DNA of 64,000 nucleotides from the human T2T-CHM13v2.0 reference genome, Homo sapiens (GCF_009914755.1 NC_060927.1); one strand, 5' to 3'; positions 13,691-27,688 are shown, numbered from the stretch's first letter. Notes: a model not told the origin generated them from the letters alone. A program made the numbers and translations.

Positions 13691-13789
13691 AGATTCTAAT
13701 ATAACATGAGGGAATAGCATACTTGCATTTTCTCTCCTTCTACTGATATTTTTTTTAATTTCTAAAACATTTTAAATGGAAACTTTTTA

Positions 13790-13910
13790 GACAAGGTTGC
13801 GAATTAGTTTTACCCAACTTCTCTTAATGATCACATCTTTCATAACCATAGTATAAGGAGCAAAACCAGGAAAGTAACATTAGTACGATACTGTTCACTA
13901 AACAATGAGA
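13790..13910 (-). mobile_element. L1MC-type 3' end fragment
   Basis: acatctttcataaccatagtata...aaaaccaggaaagtaacattagtacgatactg matches the antisense L1MC terminus. Confidence 0.6.
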
Positions 13911-14589
13911 ACTTTAGTATTGCTAGTTATATTTTGTAGTTTGTTTCCTACATATTTTAAATATGAGACATTAATTCTTTTTATTATTTTAAGAACCTCA
14001 GACTGAATCTTGATCCTTCATATGTAAAAACAAGAAATTAATGTCTTTACTCTAAAACTTACTTTTTCTACTTCAAAAGCCTCCTTCACTACCAGCTTCT
14101 GTCTGTATTACTTTAGGTTTACATGATTTATAATACACTGAACTTTACTTGTAAGTCTTTTTTTATTTTTTGTGGAAGAGAAACATTGCTACATGAGCAA
14201 TGTTAATTTCAAAATTTATAACAACTCTGCAGTTGTGAGTTCCTTGGGCAACATTTAGTTAGAAATTAGATTTTAAAGAAAAAGTCAATTTTATGTGTAT
14301 TAGTTAGAAAAGTTTACTCCATTCAGCTTTCCCAATTAATGATAAATAAAGTAGTTAATTAGGACAATTTGGACCAGATGTCTGTATCCTTCCTGCAGCA
14401 TTATTTGTTGGTTTTCTTTCTTTTTTTTTTTCTTGGACACAATAATCTGCCTTTTACAACTACTTGCTAAATTTTCAGGTACCTCTTACTATATCTGATA
14501 TCTAATAATTGGTTTTCTTTAGTATTTATTTGAGTTCACTCTTCTCTCTTTAAATCATTTTTTAGTGAGTGTTGGGTCATTTCATTCAT

Positions 14590-16060
14590 TCTCAGGAATT
14601 CATTCATTGTCTACTTGTTGACTCCAAAAATCATTTTCACGTACATCTTTCTTCTGAGCCCCATCTTGTACATATTCAGTACTTTACATTTATTTTAAGC
14701 CTCGCATATTCAAAATTGAACTATTTATTGCTTCAATAAAAATGACTTTATTTTCCTATACCACATAAACATTTCTATCTGAATAAATTTTTGACTTCTA
14801 AATTATTTCACCTATGCAATTAAGCAAAAATTTATAAATTCTGCCAATTTTACCTCCAAAATACATACTGACTTGTTGAGTTTTCTCCATCTTAATAGGC
14901 ATATGCCTAGTTCAGGCCAGAATTATCTCCCCTTCCACCAAAGCACATCTCATAATTATGTGGTGATATCCCAGTGGTCATCCTGCATAACACTCACCTC
15001 CTCTCAATATTCTCCACAGTGTAATCATCATGAATTGCTTAAAATATAAGTCAGATCCTGACTGTTGAAAAACAATTATCCATGGGTTCCTTGCATTTCT
15101 GCATGTCTTGCGAATGGAAGCAGTTATCTATATTTGCTCTAGACTATTTTTTGAAGGATGTTTGTAGAGCAAAGATATAATTTTCGAAGATAATGTATCT
15201 CGTGCTAGAACCAAGTGTAAGCATGTTTACTGTCCTTTATAATGAAGATCACATCTTTTCCTGGAGAAAGGGCAGGCTGTCCATTACAAAAGATTTATGT
15301 TCCGTAAGTTCAGAGTCCTTCTCCTGCAACAGCACCTATTCATTTCCTGTCCCAGTGTCCATCTGGGCCCATCTGTGTTGCTGATGTGGGACTTGGAAAT
15401 AAGAAGAACTGGAACAAATATATAGATCCTCATGCTGCTTGCAATGCTGTGAATGACAATGGCCTTTGTCTCTGGTTCAAGAGTCTCAAGTCTTCTACCA
15501 GCATTCCTAATTCTGTCAGGCTAACTTATAATCTTGCAAGTAAAGTCAAGTCTCCAACTAGTTGTATTTCTTAATAGCCTCTCGCACATGCACGCGCATT
15601 AGTATTTTATTATAATACATTAAAGAAAATCTGGTGTCTTTGAAGAACCCGATGTTCTGCAGGATCCATATATATCATTCTCATTTGGTATAGTGCCATT
15701 CTTTGATATACTTACTACAATTTAGCCATTCCAGCCTTTCTTCAGTTTCTGAAATATGCCAAGGTTTTTCTTACTTCATGGCTTTCTCTATACCCTCTTA
15801 TCCTAATATGACTCTCCTTAACCTTTAAGAATCTGTCTCCTTACTTCTCCAAAAGAAAGTCTATCTTAACCGACCTCTCACTCCTTCATCCTCACACCCA
15901 TACCATTCTTCACTATCAGTTACTTGGTTTCTTTCCTCCTAGTTCTCACCACAGTGTGATATTTGACTAGTTATTTGTTTTGTCTGTTTTCCAACTAAGT
16001 TGTATGTCTAAATCTCAGCACAGAGTTGGAATACAGTAGGTTTTCATTATGTACTTGTCA
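14590..16060 (+). mobile_element. LINE-2 fragment, interrupted by an LTR
   Basis: L2 motifs cctagttcaggcc, ttctccacagtg...aaaatataagtcagatc, tagccattccagcctttcttcagttt; L2 3'-end-like cagcacagagttggaatacagtagg. Confidence 0.65.
15063..15575 (+). mobile_element. ERVL-type solo LTR (LTR47-like)
   Basis: tgttgaaaaacaattatccatgggttccttgcatttctgcatgtcttgcga...gactattttttgaaggatgtttgta...ctggagaaagggcagg matches the recalled LTR47-group consensus. Confidence 0.6.
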
Positions 16061-17376
16061 TACCTAATGTGGTTGTGTATATATGATTTTCTATGTCAAT
16101 CTTGTGTGGGAAAAATAAACACTTATTTATACACTTAATAGATTTCGAGATATACTGGAAATCTATTATAAACTAGAAAAGAACCATTGTGTCCTAAAAT
16201 CCACAACATGTAATCAATAAATTTACCTTAACTCTATATCTACGTAGTAGTTATTCTAGTGTTAAAACATGAAGTGAAAAATAAACATTTCTTTTCATTG
16301 ATTGAAGTTATATCTATACGAGCACTTCACTGAAGACAAAGTAGAGAATGGACTAGAGTTTTGGAAAAATTTCGAATATAGTTGGGATCAGACAAAATAA
16401 TCAACTATGTGTCTTTGGCTTTTTGAAATTGTACTTTTCTTTCTATGTGATTTAATTTCAAATTAATATTTGGGTTTGCTGAGTTTTCTAACAGTTTTGA
16501 AACTGAAAAGTCAATTGTCTCAGTTTAGAGCTATACTTAAACCAATAATTGAAACCCTTGACTTAGTCACAAATGCAACATATATTATTCAGATGGTGGT
16601 GGGAGGTGCATGTATACTTCTGCTGTAAATGGGGCTCTTAAAGATGGTCATATGACAGAGTGTGTGAAGTGCAACCTTAGAGTGGGCATCTCAGATTATC
16701 CCAGTGACAATAGCTCCTAAACTGCTAGTAAAACTGTATCTAACAGGATAAAAAACACAGGTCACTGGTAATTGCAGAAAGGGCAACTTGGCTTCTCTTG
16801 TTGACAAAGTACAGTTTTTCAAGTTAAACTGATCGATGCAAAGAATTCTGTGAGTTACATGAACAGCAATATTTCAAAAGGAATGACAATTGCTTTAAAA
16901 CTCCCATCATTGCTGCAATACCTTAAACACAGCACTTACTATCTCAGTCTTCTATGGGGCCCATTCACCCAAATGGTGATAAGTCCACTCTGGACTAAAG
17001 ACTTATCTGAGTCTGAGTAGTGGCCCTGGGGCACATATTAGGGAATCTTGAACAAAGAGGTAGAAAGTGTTAATGTTATTTTGTTGTTTGTTTTAACTTA
17101 AAGGGAACTAAATATCATAAACACTTTTCAGGGCTTTATCAGGCTCTGATTTTTACAGTTTCAGGCAGAGAAAAATCTCAATGGCAGAATGCAAAAATGA
17201 GAAAGATATTACTAATAGATAAGAAAGATATATGAATACCAAAATTATATCTCAAATTATATCTCACTACAGATATGCAATTTAATCAAAGGTAGAAAGA
17301 AATGAAAACAAAGTAGAAACAAACATTTCTTTCTTTTCATATCCATTACAATTTTCTTAAGAAATCTTGAGACTTA

Positions 17377-19587
17377 CAGAGCCAAGTGAGTAAACCAGCC
17401 AGAGGGACTGCAGTGGCAGGACCATGGTGGCACCATCAAGAGGGAGTGCGGGGTGAAACTGGCTGCGGGTACCCAGTGACTGGATGGGAGGCATTAGGTT
17501 TTGACAAGTTTGTATCAGCATGAGTATAAGCTAGTCGTTCTGGGCTCAGGAGGCATTCGAAAGTCTGCTCTGCCTTTACAATTTGTCCAAGGAAATTATG
17601 TTGAAAATTATGATCCTATGATAGAAGATTCGTACAGAAAGCAACTTGAAATAGATGCACAACAGTGTGTGCTTGAAATCTTGGATACCACAAAAACAGA
17701 AAAATCTTCAGCAATGAGGGATTTGTACATGCAAAATAAACAAGGCTTTGCATTAGTTTATTTCATCATAGCACAGTGCACATTTAATGATTTTCAACAT
17801 CTAAGAGAAAAGATTCTTCAAGTTAAAAACATTGATGATGTTCCAATGATTCTGGTCGGTAATAATTGTGACTTGGAAGATGAAAGAGTTGTAGAAAAGG
17901 AACAAGGTCAAAATCTAACAAGACAGTGGGCCAACACTGCATTCTTATAATCTTCTTCAAAATTACAAGTAAATGTTAATTAGCTATTTTATTACCCAGT
18001 GCAACAAATTAACAGAAAAACTCTAGTGCCTGGAAGGCTTGGAAAAAGTCATGTCAGCTGGTTTAATATACTAAATGCCTTGTAGCTCTGAGCTAAGTCT
18101 GAAGAACTGTTGCCCGACTCAACAGTACATTCCAACTTTGTTAAACCTACCAACATCTTAGACTTTCCTATTGTGGTGTCCCTTAAGAGATGGATGAAAG
18201 CTCCTATATCAGTTCGCAAATTCTTATCATTTTTCAGTATCACAAGTTAGATTTCTACTCATATAATAGTCCTAAGTATGCAGCTGGTAAAATCAGATCT
18301 ATATCAAATATTATGCTAAGAGACATTCTTCATCCACCAATGTGGTAAATGTATGAAAATGGTTTGCTGCATCCTTTAACATGTCCCATACTCTGTATTG
18401 AAGAGTACAATAAGGTAAATCCTAAAAACACCTCTACTTTAGCATAATAAAAGAAAGTCCAAAGAGCTCCTATAAAGACTACTCTAGGTAACTTTCCTTC
18501 TTTGATACTTGTAGCTTATTGTAATTTTCAAAAATAAATTCAAGGTCTTTATCATTGTATTGTCCAAAATAAGCACTTTGATTAACATAGATATAAAGTT
18601 TTATAATTTTTTTTTAAAACTGTGGAGTCAGTAATCTTGTCTTTAAAATATGGTAGTCCCATCAGTATAATGTCTTAAAGATGTTGCCTTTCATATCTGT
18701 TGGGAAGGAAATGTTGAGACTTTTCGAATCTCTTACTATATGTTTGCTTTTTTGTTTACCTAGTGAATAATGTTTATACTTTTATGGACAGTAGGGGTCT
18801 ACAACAAGAAGTATATATTTTCAAGCAATTATTTAATGATTTCACATTTTTTGTAAATCATTTCAGGCTTCTGCAGCTATAGATTCTCATTGTGAATCCC
18901 TTGTTTGCTCATGCATAAGTGTATTTGCAATACCAAATATATAGGTTTAGTATTTTTGCCTGTTAGTGATTGTATCACATATGTAATGTTTTGGTCGATA
19001 TGTTAAATCAGGCTTGTTCAACTCATGGCCTATAGGCCGCATGCAGCCCAGGATGGCTTTGAATGCAGCCAAACACAAATTTGTAAATGTTCTTAAAACA
19101 TTATGAGAATGTTTGTGATTTTTTTATTTATTTATTTATTTTTTTTTAGCTCGTCAGCTATCGCTAGTGTTATTGTACTTGATGTATGGCCCAAGACAAT
19201 GTTTCTTTTTGCCATGTGGCCCAGGGAAACCAAAAGATTGGACATCCCTATGTCAAATGATATATAAGTACTATGGATGCGAATGTGGGAAGTAATTTTA
19301 TCATGTGTAAATGATCTCAAGGACCAACCTGCGTAACTGTTGCTGCTTTATTTACAATGCCTTGTTACTTTGTATGCATTAGCTTTTCGATGTAAAGACT
19401 GTCTCTGTCTATCAGGGAGCCACCATATTTAAATTGACTAACCTAATGTTACAACTACTTTGAGGTGGCTAAATATAAACCAAAATCCTTAATTAAAGTG
19501 GTACCATGTTGTATAACTTATCATCAGTAGTTCAATAAATTTGGATTGCCACGTGAGGGTTTGGATTATTTTTTTAAAAAAAGGGAG
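17377..19587 (+). pseudogene. RAP1B: Processed (retro)pseudogene of RAP1B small GTPase
   Basis: Intronless; [11 protein letters not shown]...[12 protein letters not shown]...DAQQC...DDVPMILVG...DERVV; RAP1B-type residues and C-terminal CQLV* (stop 18064-18066); start codon disrupted at ~17517; premature TAA 17948-17950; long 3'UTR, AATAAA 19534-19539, short A-tail; degenerate TSD agaaatcttgagactta (17360-17376) / agagattttgagattta (19588-19604). Symbol given is the parent gene; which named pseudogene this is cannot be determined. Confidence 0.95.
19009..19250 (-). mobile_element. MER30 (hAT-Charlie MITE) within the pseudogene 3'UTR
   Basis: caggcttgttcaactc...ggccgcatgcagcccaggatggctttgaatg...cccagggaaaccaaaagattggacatcccta; 8-bp TSD tgttaaat (19001-19008) / tgtcaaat (19251-19258). 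Confidence 0.9.
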
Positions 19588-20113
19588 AGAGATTTTGAGA
19601 TTTATTTATCTCTTTTACCATAGGAAGGAATAACCATTGTAGACCTATTCAGAAACACATGTGTCTATGTGTGTGTGTGTATTCACTCATGTAAGTCAGT
19701 GGCAGAGACCAAAGAATGAGTGGTTGATAGAATATGAGTTGATTCAGTCATTCTTTATAATCTATGCCTAGACAAATCACAGCTGTCAAGAGCATTGGAT
19801 AATTGGAAGAGCAGGAAAGGACAAACTCTTCTAGGGAAAACTTAGGAGGCTAGTTAGATATTCCTTCTCATTTTTTTCCTAGGGATAATCCTAACTGCAA
19901 AATTTAAAAACAAGATGTATATATTCCCATTTTCTATGTTAGTCTCATTAATAGAGTGGTACACTTCTCCCATAGAAAGGAAACTGTATGTTTCAATGAC
20001 ACTATTCTTTTAAATGGAGTGAGAATTAAGCTATTAAAAGCAATTTGGTAGATCTATTTATGTGTTTCTGCTGATTTTTTCATACCTGAGTATAGATGTA
20101 GAGGAAGCCCAAC

Positions 20114-20303
20114 TATGGTTGCCAAATAAAATAGAGGATGATCAGTTAAATTTGAATTTCACAGAAATAGCAAAGAAATTTCAGCATAACTGTGTCCCAA
20201 ATATTACATGAAATATAATAATGCTTGAAAAAATAAATGTTGTTTATCTGAAGTTTAATTTTACCTGGAATCCCTGATTTTATTGCTAAATCTTATAAGC
20301 CCA
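20114..20303. mobile_element. MER53 palindromic DNA-transposon MITE
   Basis: ggttgccaaataaaatagagg...cagttaaatttgaatttc mirrored by gttgtttatctgaagtttaattttacctgg...attgctaaatct. Confidence 0.75.
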
Positions 20304-21094
20304 GATCTAGGGCACTAAAAGCCTACCATGATGTCATCAATTGTGCATTGAGGGAGAAGGAAATAACTTAATGTCAGAGTGATCAGGTTATATTGAACAA
20401 CTTCTCAAATTTAACTTTGATGAGTCTAGCGTAGAGGGATCTACAATTGAGATTTTATAAAAATCTATTCTTGACTTACAGAAATATTATTAACCAGGTA
20501 TATTTCTAATTAAGAATTTCACTTCAGTGACTATGTATAGTAACTGCCAATACATTTACAGTTCTATTTATCTATCTATAAGAACTCATACCTTTCTTGC
20601 TAACACAAAAAGTAGGAAAGTTTCCTTCACATTAACTATAGTGTTTTTTGGACTAGGTTATTTGAGCATTATAAAGAAACTTTGTAATTTAGTTGGATGA
20701 TTTTACAATTTTTTAGAAAAGTGAAGAATGTATCAAGATATGATATCTTATTGAGGTTTTTTTGTCATTTCATTTGATGTTTGGAAGATGGTACTATTTG
20801 GCTCTGTTGAGCACTATGTATTCTTTCTGCTATGACTATAAACTTTAATCTCTTATGATTAGACTGAAAAGAGAGTAACAGGCTCAGGTTTATCCTTTAA
20901 GTTGTCTAGTTTAAACAACTTTTCAAAGATTTCTTTTGATGAATGTATTATTCACAAAGTAAGATAAATGTGAATGCTTAATAAATGGATTCATTGATTA
21001 ATAAATCAACTAGTGAATATATTAACAGTCTGTTTTAAATCAAGGGTAGTATGAAGTGGTTACTATTTATAAATAAGGAGTATTTGTAATTCTT

Positions 21095-21570
21095 ATCTGT
21101 AAAACTTCCATGTGCCAAGAACTCTTCTAGACATTGAAGATACAACAAAGAAAGGAACAGAAAATTATCTGCCTTTGTGGAGGCTATCTTTTAAAGTGAG
21201 TGTCAGACTATGAATAATATAGATGGATAAAATAAATAAATAAAATGCGCAGTATATCAGTGGGAGAGAAGTGCAATAAGAGAAAACATAAATCAAAGAA
21301 GGAAGATAAGGAATGCAGGGAGAAGTGAGTATTCAGTTTTAAATTGAAGAGGGAATGACTCACTGAGAAGATGACAAATGAGCTAAGACTTGCAAAGTGT
21401 GAAGCAACATTTGGGCAGAAAGAACAGTATGCGCAAATTTCCATGGTGCAAGAATGCCTGGAGTGTCCTAGGGACAAAAAAGGAGGCCAATGAGGTTAAA
21501 ATAGAGTAAGTTTGATGAGAGTCTTTAAAGTCATTGGAAGAGAAAAGCATGCTGTTTATTGTACAAGGCA
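21095..21570 (-). mobile_element. LINE-2 fragment
   Basis: tgtgccaagaactcttctagacattgaagataca..., ctcactgagaagatgacaaatgagctaagacttg, gaatgcctggagtgtc are typical antisense L2 motifs. Confidence 0.75.
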
Positions 21571-23959
21571 TTAGTTGAATTATCTACATGAATATTAGAA
21601 ACACCAAGAAAGATAATATCAGTGCTAATGGAGAAATACAGTCACCAAGAAACTTAAAGATCCTAGGAATACCAGAAAGTGCTTAAGGATTGTTAGATGA
21701 CTTCAAGATAAAGGGTAGTGTTTTAATGATATTTTACTCAACTTCAGACCCAGTTGTCTCTAAAGTATTGGTGACAAAACAACCATCATTTCGGCAAGCT
21801 GGACAGGACAGGCAATTTTTCCTTGCAAGAGGAATGTAGGAGAAATTTCTCAAAAGACATAAAATACTTAGGGGATTTGAATGGTTCTGGCAGGCAAAGT
21901 AGAAAGTTTCAAGTGCTCCAAAGAGGTGAGGGATGGAACAGACAAGGCAGTGTGGCAAGGGATTCTGGGTATGACGAAAGGATTGAAGTCTTGTATTTTC
22001 TTATGAAGATGAATGAATGATCAGAAACAGAGGCAAAGGGTGCAATGATATTTGTGCTGATAGAACCAAGGCAGATAATGATTGTGAAGCTGTTAATGTT
22101 AGGGGAATATTAGGGTATCACCAGAATCTTACAGAGTTCCAGGGCTCCTCCTGGATGTGTGCTGTGGGGATAATAAAGGCCAGCAAAGAAGTGGCCTCTG
22201 AGGCTGCCAACTGACATCTCCAGAGGTGAATCAGAACCAATAACACAGTCTCCCATGTTGAACACTTAAGTTTTTTATTTAACACTTATTGTAGAAACTA
22301 AAATTTGTGTTTCTTGGCATTCACTTTCAGGATTATGAATCTATTAACATATTATGTTATTTTTAAAAATTAATAGATACCTTAATATATCTACCTTGGA
22401 ATAATACAATAGAGGAAGAGTACACCATTTTAGTTAGCCACAAGAAAGTAGATGTAAGAAATATTTCTGCATGTGTGCATGTGTCTGTGTCTGTGTGTTT
22501 GTGCATCTGCGCATATGTCTATATACAAATACATACTAATACCATTTACATTTATATGTATGTTTATTTATGGGGATATATATATATTCATATATATATA
22601 TATGATACAATATGCAGAAGGGGAAAAATATACCAGAAAGCCACACAGAAAGAAATGTCTTTTCATCAAAACTTAGAACTCTGTCTATTGACTCTTTGGT
22701 TAAATCCAACCTTGATTATATTCAGAACAAATATAATTTTCAAAGATAAATTCTGGAGATTTAATTGCCACTGTTTCCTCTTACTACAATGGCTACACAC
22801 AAGTTGATTATATTTTATTTTTCCCTTGTTTGAACAAACTTATCTTGAGAAGTCATTAAAACAAGCTTGATACATCATGCTAAACTGTAACATCAAGGAT
22901 TTTATGCAGGTATTATTATATTTGCATAATGGATTCTCTTTAAATTGGTTGCAGAAACATTTATTACCTAGGGCTTCTATTATAGCAAAGTATAATGTAC
23001 CACACTAAAAACATTGATCCCCATCTGGTTTAGAGATTGCCAAATGGTATAATGATATGTGTGCTCTAGAAGATTTAGAAAGGATATTATATGGCTTGAA
23101 AGACACTTCGCTTTATAGGTTTCAGCAGGAACATGATTGCTAGAACCTACTTATAAGGTCCTAATCTTATTTATAACTTACTGGGAAATACATTTTTTCT
23201 TAACCTTTATGTTTCAAAAGAAATATCTGCATGTTACCTTAGTGGCCTTTAAGAGCAGCTAGGGATTTTCCTGTTAGTAGTTTAAGAAAAGAACGAATAT
23301 AGCAATTAAGCTGCATTTCTCATTTCATGGGCATACTGTGTGACCCCAGGCAATAGAGTAAATGTTATTATTCAAAAGAAAGTCATGTGAGCTGAAGACT
23401 TTTAAAAAAACCACGGACATATGTTTGTGGTAAAGCTAAACAATAAATAAGTTGCCTACAAGTAAGCACAGTTCATGCAAATACATGAGTAGGTAATTTG
23501 GTTACACATCAAATTCTAAGAAGCTCCTTCTTCTAGCCAACTGAAACTGATTTTCACCCAGTGACTTTAAGTCAAGGAAGTCAATTGATTTTAAGGCTCT
23601 GCTGAGAAGATGCTGATTCCTTATTTTTTTAAACTAAAACGAAAAAGGAAATTGACCTTCATTTTTTCCATTTCACATTCTGAATTCTCCCTCTTCACCT
23701 ATTCTATCAAATCTTCTTTCAGAGGAATAGATGTCTCCTCCCTGCTCCTTCCTTCACACATTTTTCATCCATGATTCACAGATCTATAGTACCCAGCTAT
23801 GTGTCAGAGTTAAAATATAACCTCTCAGACCTCAAGAATCTCTCCTAAGTGAGAAAAGGACTAGTAATCATTTCCATTTACATATCCTGCTAGATTATCA
23901 AAGCTGACTGCACGAGGTCCGTTCTCTTACCTGTTTCCTTCACCAACTGATCAAAATTA

Positions 23960-24650
23960 GATTCTTTTACTCATTCTTTTACTTTTATGACTACATCTCC
24001 ATATTATTGTTCCAGAAAGATAAGCCTAAAATCTTAATCTTTGACTCTTCACTGTTCTCTTATACTAAATTAGTTATCAAGTTAATTCAAGATTACTGAC
24101 ATATTATTAGTTTAAAACTTTCATTACACATGATTACCTTTTCATTGCCATTGCATTGCTTTAGGTTCTCAGAACTTATAACCACTTATCTTAAATATAC
24201 TATAATTTCTTAACTGGTAGGCCTAATCTCATACTCTTCAAGTTTGTAACTGTCTTATACAACATATCTAGCTGTTTTCTACTCCTTCATAACTATACTT
24301 ATCTGCTTATTTCCTATTGTTTATTTTCTACATTCTGCATTGTCTACCTGTGTCTGGCAGTAAGGCTCTTCAAAAATCTGATTTTCTTTGACTTTTTCTA
24401 GTTCTATCTAACAATATTTCTTTACTTATCTTCAGCATTGATGTGACATTAGATTACTCACACTGGGACTAGATACCATTGCTATTTTCTGTATATTCCT
24501 TTGCCTTATTGACTCTTTAATGGAATACCTTAAAAAAACTACACAGTCTATAAGGCCCAAATTAAAGATTACTTCTTAAATACAGCCATTCCTGAAAAAT
24601 CTCCTGAAAATTTTTCCCTTATTCAACCTCTTTTTGTAGCATTCGTTATA
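23960..24650 (+). mobile_element. Highly diverged LINE-2 fragment
   Basis: atctttgactcttc, taaggctcttcaaaaatctg, aaggcccaaattaaagattacttc...agccattcctga. Confidence 0.45.
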
Positions 24651-26371
24651 CACTAGGAGAAAAACTGTGTACCTCCTTTTACATTCCAGACATTATGATA
24701 CTCTCTGTGGACACACCAATAATATTCAAACATTACTTGTTCACAAGAAGCAAATATTTATTCCTAATTTTTAGGTTGTTTTGGGGAAAGAACTTCAGAA
24801 TTCTAACATTTTGTAAATTATATGCCTTTATTAAGCACCAAATTAAAAAGTGGTAAATTAATTATGGATTTTCTTAAATCTATGTGTATTTTCTTTGTTT
24901 TATGACAAATTAGCTGAATTTAAAAATGATCCATATACAGTCAGACCCTAGAAAATCCAACCACATCCAAGCAATAAATTATATTTTCAATTGAATAAAA
25001 AATAAAACTTTGGTAAGGAGGCAAGACACTTATTTTGATTCTCACTTTTATTTTTAAATGAATATTATTTACTTCTAATTTGTAAATAAATAATTTTATA
25101 GGTAAAACACTCTGATTTTCCTTAAAAAACTAAAAATGTATTAAATTGGAGAGAGGGACAGCATTATAAGTTTTAAAATTGGAATAAAATGTAATCTATT
25201 TTCAGGGGAAAATACAACTAAGGTAAAATTGGACTAATAATGCACAAACAGCCCCAATTAAACTTTTTTCCTACATTAACCTTTAAAACATTCATTTCTC
25301 TAGATTTTGTTTTTCTAAATGTACTTTTTTTACTGCCAGTCAAAAGATTTTTTATGAGGACTTCCCAGGTTACCCTTTTTTGTTTTTTTAATATAAAAAG
25401 GAGTTCTGCAGAGTCCTAGCCCATAAAGTTCCAATTTTAAAAATGTAGACTAAGAATCTCAAATAAAAAATACAGCAGTAAAAATGTTATTAATTTATAG
25501 ATGGTTGACATTTCATTTCTATTTTCATGGCAGCAATGAAGGTAATATTTAAAGAACTACTCAATGTGATTGAGCTCTATGATGAATACACTTATTCATT
25601 TTCATGCATATTTCAATCAGCATGAGGCCATCAGTCATCTGCAATTTAATACAGACCAGTAGCTTGCAATAGACTAGACAATCAACACTTTAAAACACCA
25701 AATAACATTAAAAAAAATGACTTAAGAGAATTGTCACGTTAACAATAACATGAGGAAGAAAACAATCTAAGGAGAAATGTAAACACATTAATATACGAGG
25801 GGACATTCGACAACTGCTTTGTCTTTTAGAGCAATGGCCAATTCTAAGTGCCAGAAAAGACTCAAAATTCTTTACAAAAGGACAAAAGATGTGTAATGAG
25901 AAACGGAGAAGCCAACAGAGATATTATTAATAATAGTTTCTTGATCTCAAAAAAAATAGAAAGTTTTAGAGTCATATTTCCAAATAAGAAAAGGGAGCTA
26001 TATACTAAATCCAATTGTCTGATTAACCCCTTCCCACTCCAGGATATTTCCTAAATTTTAAAATTATACAAATAAGGAGGCCAAGAAATCAATCAAAATG
26101 CTGATAAAAATCCAGGCAGATAGGATGGCAGTCTTGAAATGCTGCAAAGACAATAAAGATTATTAGATTAGAGTCCAGGGATTCTGTGGGTGTGTGGGTG
26201 GGTGGGTGTCTTCATGAAATACCCCAAGGATCCAAGTACAAACCAACTTTCAATTAGTTCATGCCCTAATTAATGTTTCAGTTCACATTCTTCATCTTTT
26301 TTAAGGCAATTTTTTTCACTCAGTTTTAAATTCAGAGTAAGGGAGGAAGGTACAGTAATTTCCTACATAGT

Positions 26372-26946
26372 TATTCCTCGAAGACCTAGAGGCAGAAATA
26401 CCATTTGACTCAGCAATCCCACTACTGGGTATAAACCCAAAGGAATATAAATCATTCTATTATAAAGATACATGCACACGTATGTTCATTGCAGCACTAT
26501 TTACAATATCAAAGGCATGGAATCAACCCAGATGCTCATTAACAGTAGACTGGATAAAGAAAATGTGGCACATATACATTATGGAATACTATACAGCCAT
26601 AAAAAGGAAGGAGGTCATGTCCTTTTCAAGGACATAGATAGAGCTGGAAGCCATTATTCTTAGCAAACTAACGCAGGAACAGAAAACCAAACACCACATG
26701 TTCTCATAAGTGGGAGCTGAAAGATGAGAACACTTGTTCACATGTGGGAGAACGACACACACTTGGGCCTCTCAGGGTGGGAGCAGGGGGAGGGAGAGCA
26801 TCAGAAAAAATAGCTAAGGGATTCTGGGCTTAATACCTAGGTGATGAGTTGACCTGTGTAACAAACCATCATGGCACACGTTTATCTATGTAACAAACCT
26901 GCACATCCTGCACATGTAGCCCAGAACTTAAAAGTTGAAGGAAAAA
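26372..26946 (+). mobile_element. 5'-truncated L1 3' end (older L1PA, about L1PA13-16)
   Basis: gaaataccatttgactcagcaatcccactactggg...; 3'UTR ends cccagaacttaaaagttgaagg. Confidence 0.9.
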
Positions 26947-27370
26947 CATTTTTGTATATACTCCCAGTCCCCACATGTGCATAGCCTACCCTATTATCAA
27001 CACTTGTAAGAAGAAAGTGTGAACTTACTCTGTAGGTGGATAATATCACACATATAACATTTACAATATTTAAACACAATGTCAAACACTTAAGAAAAAA
27101 TTATCAGGGGTAGAAAAATGCAGAATATTTTTAAAGGAAAAAACTGCATGTGACATAGATATTAGAGATACTTAGAGAAAAAATATGGAGAAAATAAATA
27201 ACAAAAATTCTGTCAGACACTGGAATCTATATTAAATAATACAGAAATCTTAGAACAAATAATATATTAACTGAAATTTAAAACTAAACAGATGAATATA
27301 ACAGAATATTACACACACAGCAAGAAAGAGTAGCTTAATAAATTGTAAATTGAATTAATATAAAATTTTT

Positions 27371-27664
27371 GCCATGTTCAGTGACTCAGGCCTTTAATCT
27401 CAGTACTTTGATGGGCCAAGGTGGGAGGGTTACCTGAGCCCAGGAGTTTGAGACTAGCATGGGCAACATAGCGAGGTCCTGTGCAATCCTGTCTCTACAA
27501 TTTTTTTTTTTTTTTAATTAGCCAAGCAAGGTGGTGCACACCTGTGGTCCCAGCTACTTGGGAAGATTGATCCCTTTAGGACAGTAGGTCAAGGTGGCAG
27601 TGAGCTGCGTTAATTCCTCTACACTCTAGACTGGGTGACAGAGTGAGACCCTATCTCAAAAAAG
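27371..27664 (+). mobile_element. AluJ
   Basis: Diverged dimer with J-type ctgagcccaggagtttgagactagcatgggcaacatag and gagaccctatctc; linker is T-rich. Confidence 0.9.
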
Positions 27665-27671
27665 AAATCAC

Positions 27672-27688
27672 GTGTGTGTGTGTGTGTG

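Noticed and set aside
17377-19587. RAP1A as parent, or a specific named RAP1B pseudogene/chromosomal locus
   Set aside because: DAQQC, DDVPM and CQL ending match RAP1B; exact locus cannot be assigned without genome alignment
22473-22807. ORFs of 67 and 110 aa
   Set aside because: Translation of TG/TA low-complexity sequence
27500-27517. Poly-T in place of the A-rich Alu linker
   Set aside because: Common mutational drift in old AluJ linkers
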